The position numbers and the translations under genes were made by a program. A stretch of 64,000 bases of DNA from Toensbergia leucococca (Eukaryota): contig JALDZS010000126.1 of NCBI GenBank assembly GCA_022813965.1, positions 1 to 64,000 of the forward strand, given 5' to 3'. The stretch's first letter is position 1. Every line of letters begins with the position of its first letter. Under the pieces are notes generated by a model, which saw only the letters and a list, made by a program, of their open reading frames with translations, was not told where the DNA came from and made no database searches. Below are positions 61,723 to 64,000 of the stretch, in pieces.

Positions 61723-62364
61723 TCACAAGGGCTCTGGCATAAATGATGATGTGTACTGCCAATAATCCTCTGGGATGGACCATTTCGCTGGTCCACTTAT
61801 GACATGTTTGAGAAGATAAAAGGTACGGTAATAATCGAACTTTCGCACCACGATATTGTCGACATGGCTTGCTAGTAGGCCGAGAGGCAAAAGTACCTCG
61901 AGTTCTTCAAGACGACCTGTTTCTCGGAAAGCAATTTCGAGGGTCTTGATTCTTGGGCCTGCCACTAACGCTTCACAAATCTTCCGCACGTCCCTCTGAA
62001 TAACAGTGATTAAGCTTGTCTGTGGAACGAAGATGCTGAGTACGTAGTGAGAAATCAAAGAACGTTCGGTAGGCAGCTTCCTCGAGATGTCGTAAATGGG
62101 TTCACCTAAGCATTGGACGATATGGATGCACCAAATGTTCTGTCTGTAGAAGTATTCTCTTGCTTCGTCACGGACGATGGATGAGACGCCGAGTAAAGCA
62201 GTGGGGAAGTCCAGCATAAAGCCGTTTGTCGATGGCCACCAATGCTCTATACGTGAGCTCAGATCATTTCGGCTGTTGATGAGATGGCTATAGACAATAT
62301 CTCGAAGCTCCCGTGGAAGCCCAAGAAAAGAACCGTCTCCTGAGTTTGATGTAAGGGTTTCCAT
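61723..62364 (-). CDS. Hypothetical protein with N-terminal F-box-like motif
   Basis: SFLGLPRELRDIVY and ALLGVSSIVRDEAREYFYRQN are typical of expanded Pezizomycotina F-box-like families. Confidence 0.7.
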   Translation of the reverse strand: METLTSNSGDGSFLGLPRELRDIVYSHLINSRNDLSSRIEHWWPSTNGFMLDFPTALLGVSSIVRDEAREYFYRQNIWCIHIVQCLGEPIYDISRKLPTERSLISHYVLSIFVPQTSLITVIQRDVRKICEALVAGPRIKTLEIAFRETGRLEELEVLLPLGLLASHVDNIVVRKFDYYRTFYLLKHVISGPAKWSIPEDYWQYTSSFMPEPL

Positions 62365-62881
62365 ATGGAGTAGTGGACATTGGAGTCAAAAAGAGAAGGA
62401 TGAATGTGAGAAGGGATTGAGAGATAGAGGAATGTATTTCAAAGGCGAGACTGGGGAGACGGCTCTTCCGCAAATGATGACCCCGCACCGCCTCAGTGTT
62501 TCGAAATGTGATCTACAGGATCGACAGATAAGTGTCAGAGAGACTACAGGCCGTAGCTGATCACAGAGAAGCAGCCATACGGATAGCTGTAGACTGTGGA
62601 GGTATTGGCTTTCGTCCCGCTTTCGTCATCTGCGGGGCTCAAGGACGTGCTCAACAACGTGTCTTGGTGTGTATTGATGTTGGCATAGCACCAGTTGAAT
62701 ACCTTGTTGACGGCGTCGTACTTCACTGTTAGTTCTTAGTGTCTACACTTGACGATGACGTACATGGAACCTCCAAGAGCCGAGGATCCATTCCACTTCA
62801 TCGTAACCGTCTTATCTCTAAGGAACCTTTTACTTTGCTAAGCTACCGTTCTTGACAAAGCTAAGTATCTCCTCACATGCA

Positions 62882-63389
62882 ATGTCGTTCCTCACAAGAA
62901 ATGCCATGTTCTCAATACCAAGATTCCCTGCTTCTCGCACAACAGCCCTCAATGCTCGCCGTCCTTTTCACATCACCGTCAACAGAATGGCTCTGAACGA
63001 GTCCAATCGCGGTCGTGGTAAGCATGTCACGGTTCAGCTTTTCTTTAATATCTTAGATTTTACTTACTTCCTCATACAATAGACATGGCTAATTCATAGA
63101 TCCGTTGTTTAGATTCTAATGACACGGCGAAAGAAATCGACCATCACAAGCATGATCAGTTGCAGAAACAGAAGGAAGGAAAGGGTCACTGGACACCCGA
63201 GCTCGCAAGCGATAGTGAAACCGCGGTAGGATCGACAGTCGTATCACTGGAGTGTCATTTGCTGATTGACATCGGTGTCGATCATAGGTTGCTGCAGACC
63301 GAGGAGAACATGATCACTCAGAAGAAGGCATTTCAAAATTGCAGGAGGATACAGCCGGGCATGCTCAAGATAAGCACAGCTCCAAGTAG
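62882..63389 (+). CDS. Small conserved fungal protein, probably mitochondrial
   Basis: Presequence-like MSFLTRNAMFSIPRF..ARRPFH. Introns 63018-63112 and 63226-63287. Motif KHDQLQKQKEGKGHWTPELASDSETAVAADR. Confidence 0.8.
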
Positions 63390-63730
63390 AGGTGAAGCCT
63401 ACTTGGAGAGTTGAAGGCTAGGTATAGCCAGCCAAGGTAAAATGGGCTAGTAGTGAAGTGCTACAGCATATGATTTGTATAATGCATGAGTAACTATGGT
63501 TTTATGTTCACGGTAATCAACTCAGCTTCTTATCCCTGACGGATCCACTGATGTCGGATTTGCGTGTGTGTGGAGCAGTACCTAGAGAGATTTCAGTTCC
63601 CTTCGAAGCCCCAGAGGAAACAACTGAGAAAATGGCCAGGGACAATAATCCATGCTACGCGTCCATTCCTGTTGTTCCAGCCATTGATGCGATACCTCAA
63701 AATGCTCAAATATGTACACCCGAAACGCCA

Positions 63731-64000
63731 TTACTTCAATATAATAATCAAAAGTACAAGTATAATGATCAAAATCAATATGATGGTCAACTGCATATTA
63801 TCTTTCGCTTTCCTGGCCACTGTTCCGAGATTCTTCCTTGCTTTATCCAGTCTTGTCTGATGCCGATCCACATGCCCTTCAACCTCATCTAGCATTTGTA
63901 CGTGCTCGTCAAGCTCATCTCCTATCTGTATGCTAAGATCTCGCTGTCGTCCTATACTCTCCCCCAATCGATCAAGATGCTCGTCTTGATCTCGAATGAC
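63731..64000 (-). CDS. SYN8: Qc-SNARE (Syn8-like), 3' part only
   Basis: EQDEHLDRLGESIGRQRDLSIQIGDELDEHVQMLD SNARE coil plus C-terminal transmembrane segment. Runs off the window end. Confidence 0.85.
   Translation of the reverse strand, partial: VIRDQDEHLDRLGESIGRQRDLSIQIGDELDEHVQMLDEVEGHVDRHQTRLDKARKNLGTVARKAKDNMQLTIILILIIILVLLIIILK

Noticed and set aside
16696..62364. Ubiquitin-system gene cluster (three F-box-like genes, ULA1, OTU)
   Set aside because: The genes are scattered among unrelated housekeeping genes and belong to large families, so chance is sufficient.

Overview
Eukaryotic DNA from a filamentous ascomycete (Pezizomycotina): short GT-AG introns with CTAAC/CTGAC branch sites and fungal housekeeping orthologues. 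A lichen-forming lineage is only a guess. The window has two regimes. (1) About 1-13.3 kb is a decayed accessory island in which I found no intact gene. Reading through stops and frameshifts gives a histone H3-like fragment, four copies of a Ty3/Gypsy integrase C-terminal (GPF) fragment, a Helitron Rep fragment, a FunK1 kinase fragment, LTR-like relics and a nearly intact TET/JBP-type 2OG-Fe(II) dioxygenase fused to a C2H2 finger and broken only by two in-frame stops. (2) About 13.9-64 kb is mostly gene-dense core genome: ModF-like ABC ATPase, F-box/UIM protein, RKI1, ULA1, TCP1, ProRS, OPI10/Hikeshi, Nudix hydrolase, RPB8, F-box protein, ELP4, SEN34, thioredoxin, OTU protease, D-amino acid oxidase, TVP15, SreA and a partial SYN8. 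A second accessory patch at about 24-32.5 kb holds orphan genes, an intact gene with a DUF3990/ADP-ribosyltransferase-like domain and an ankyrin pseudogene. All family calls are by-eye motif recognition; no database search was run.
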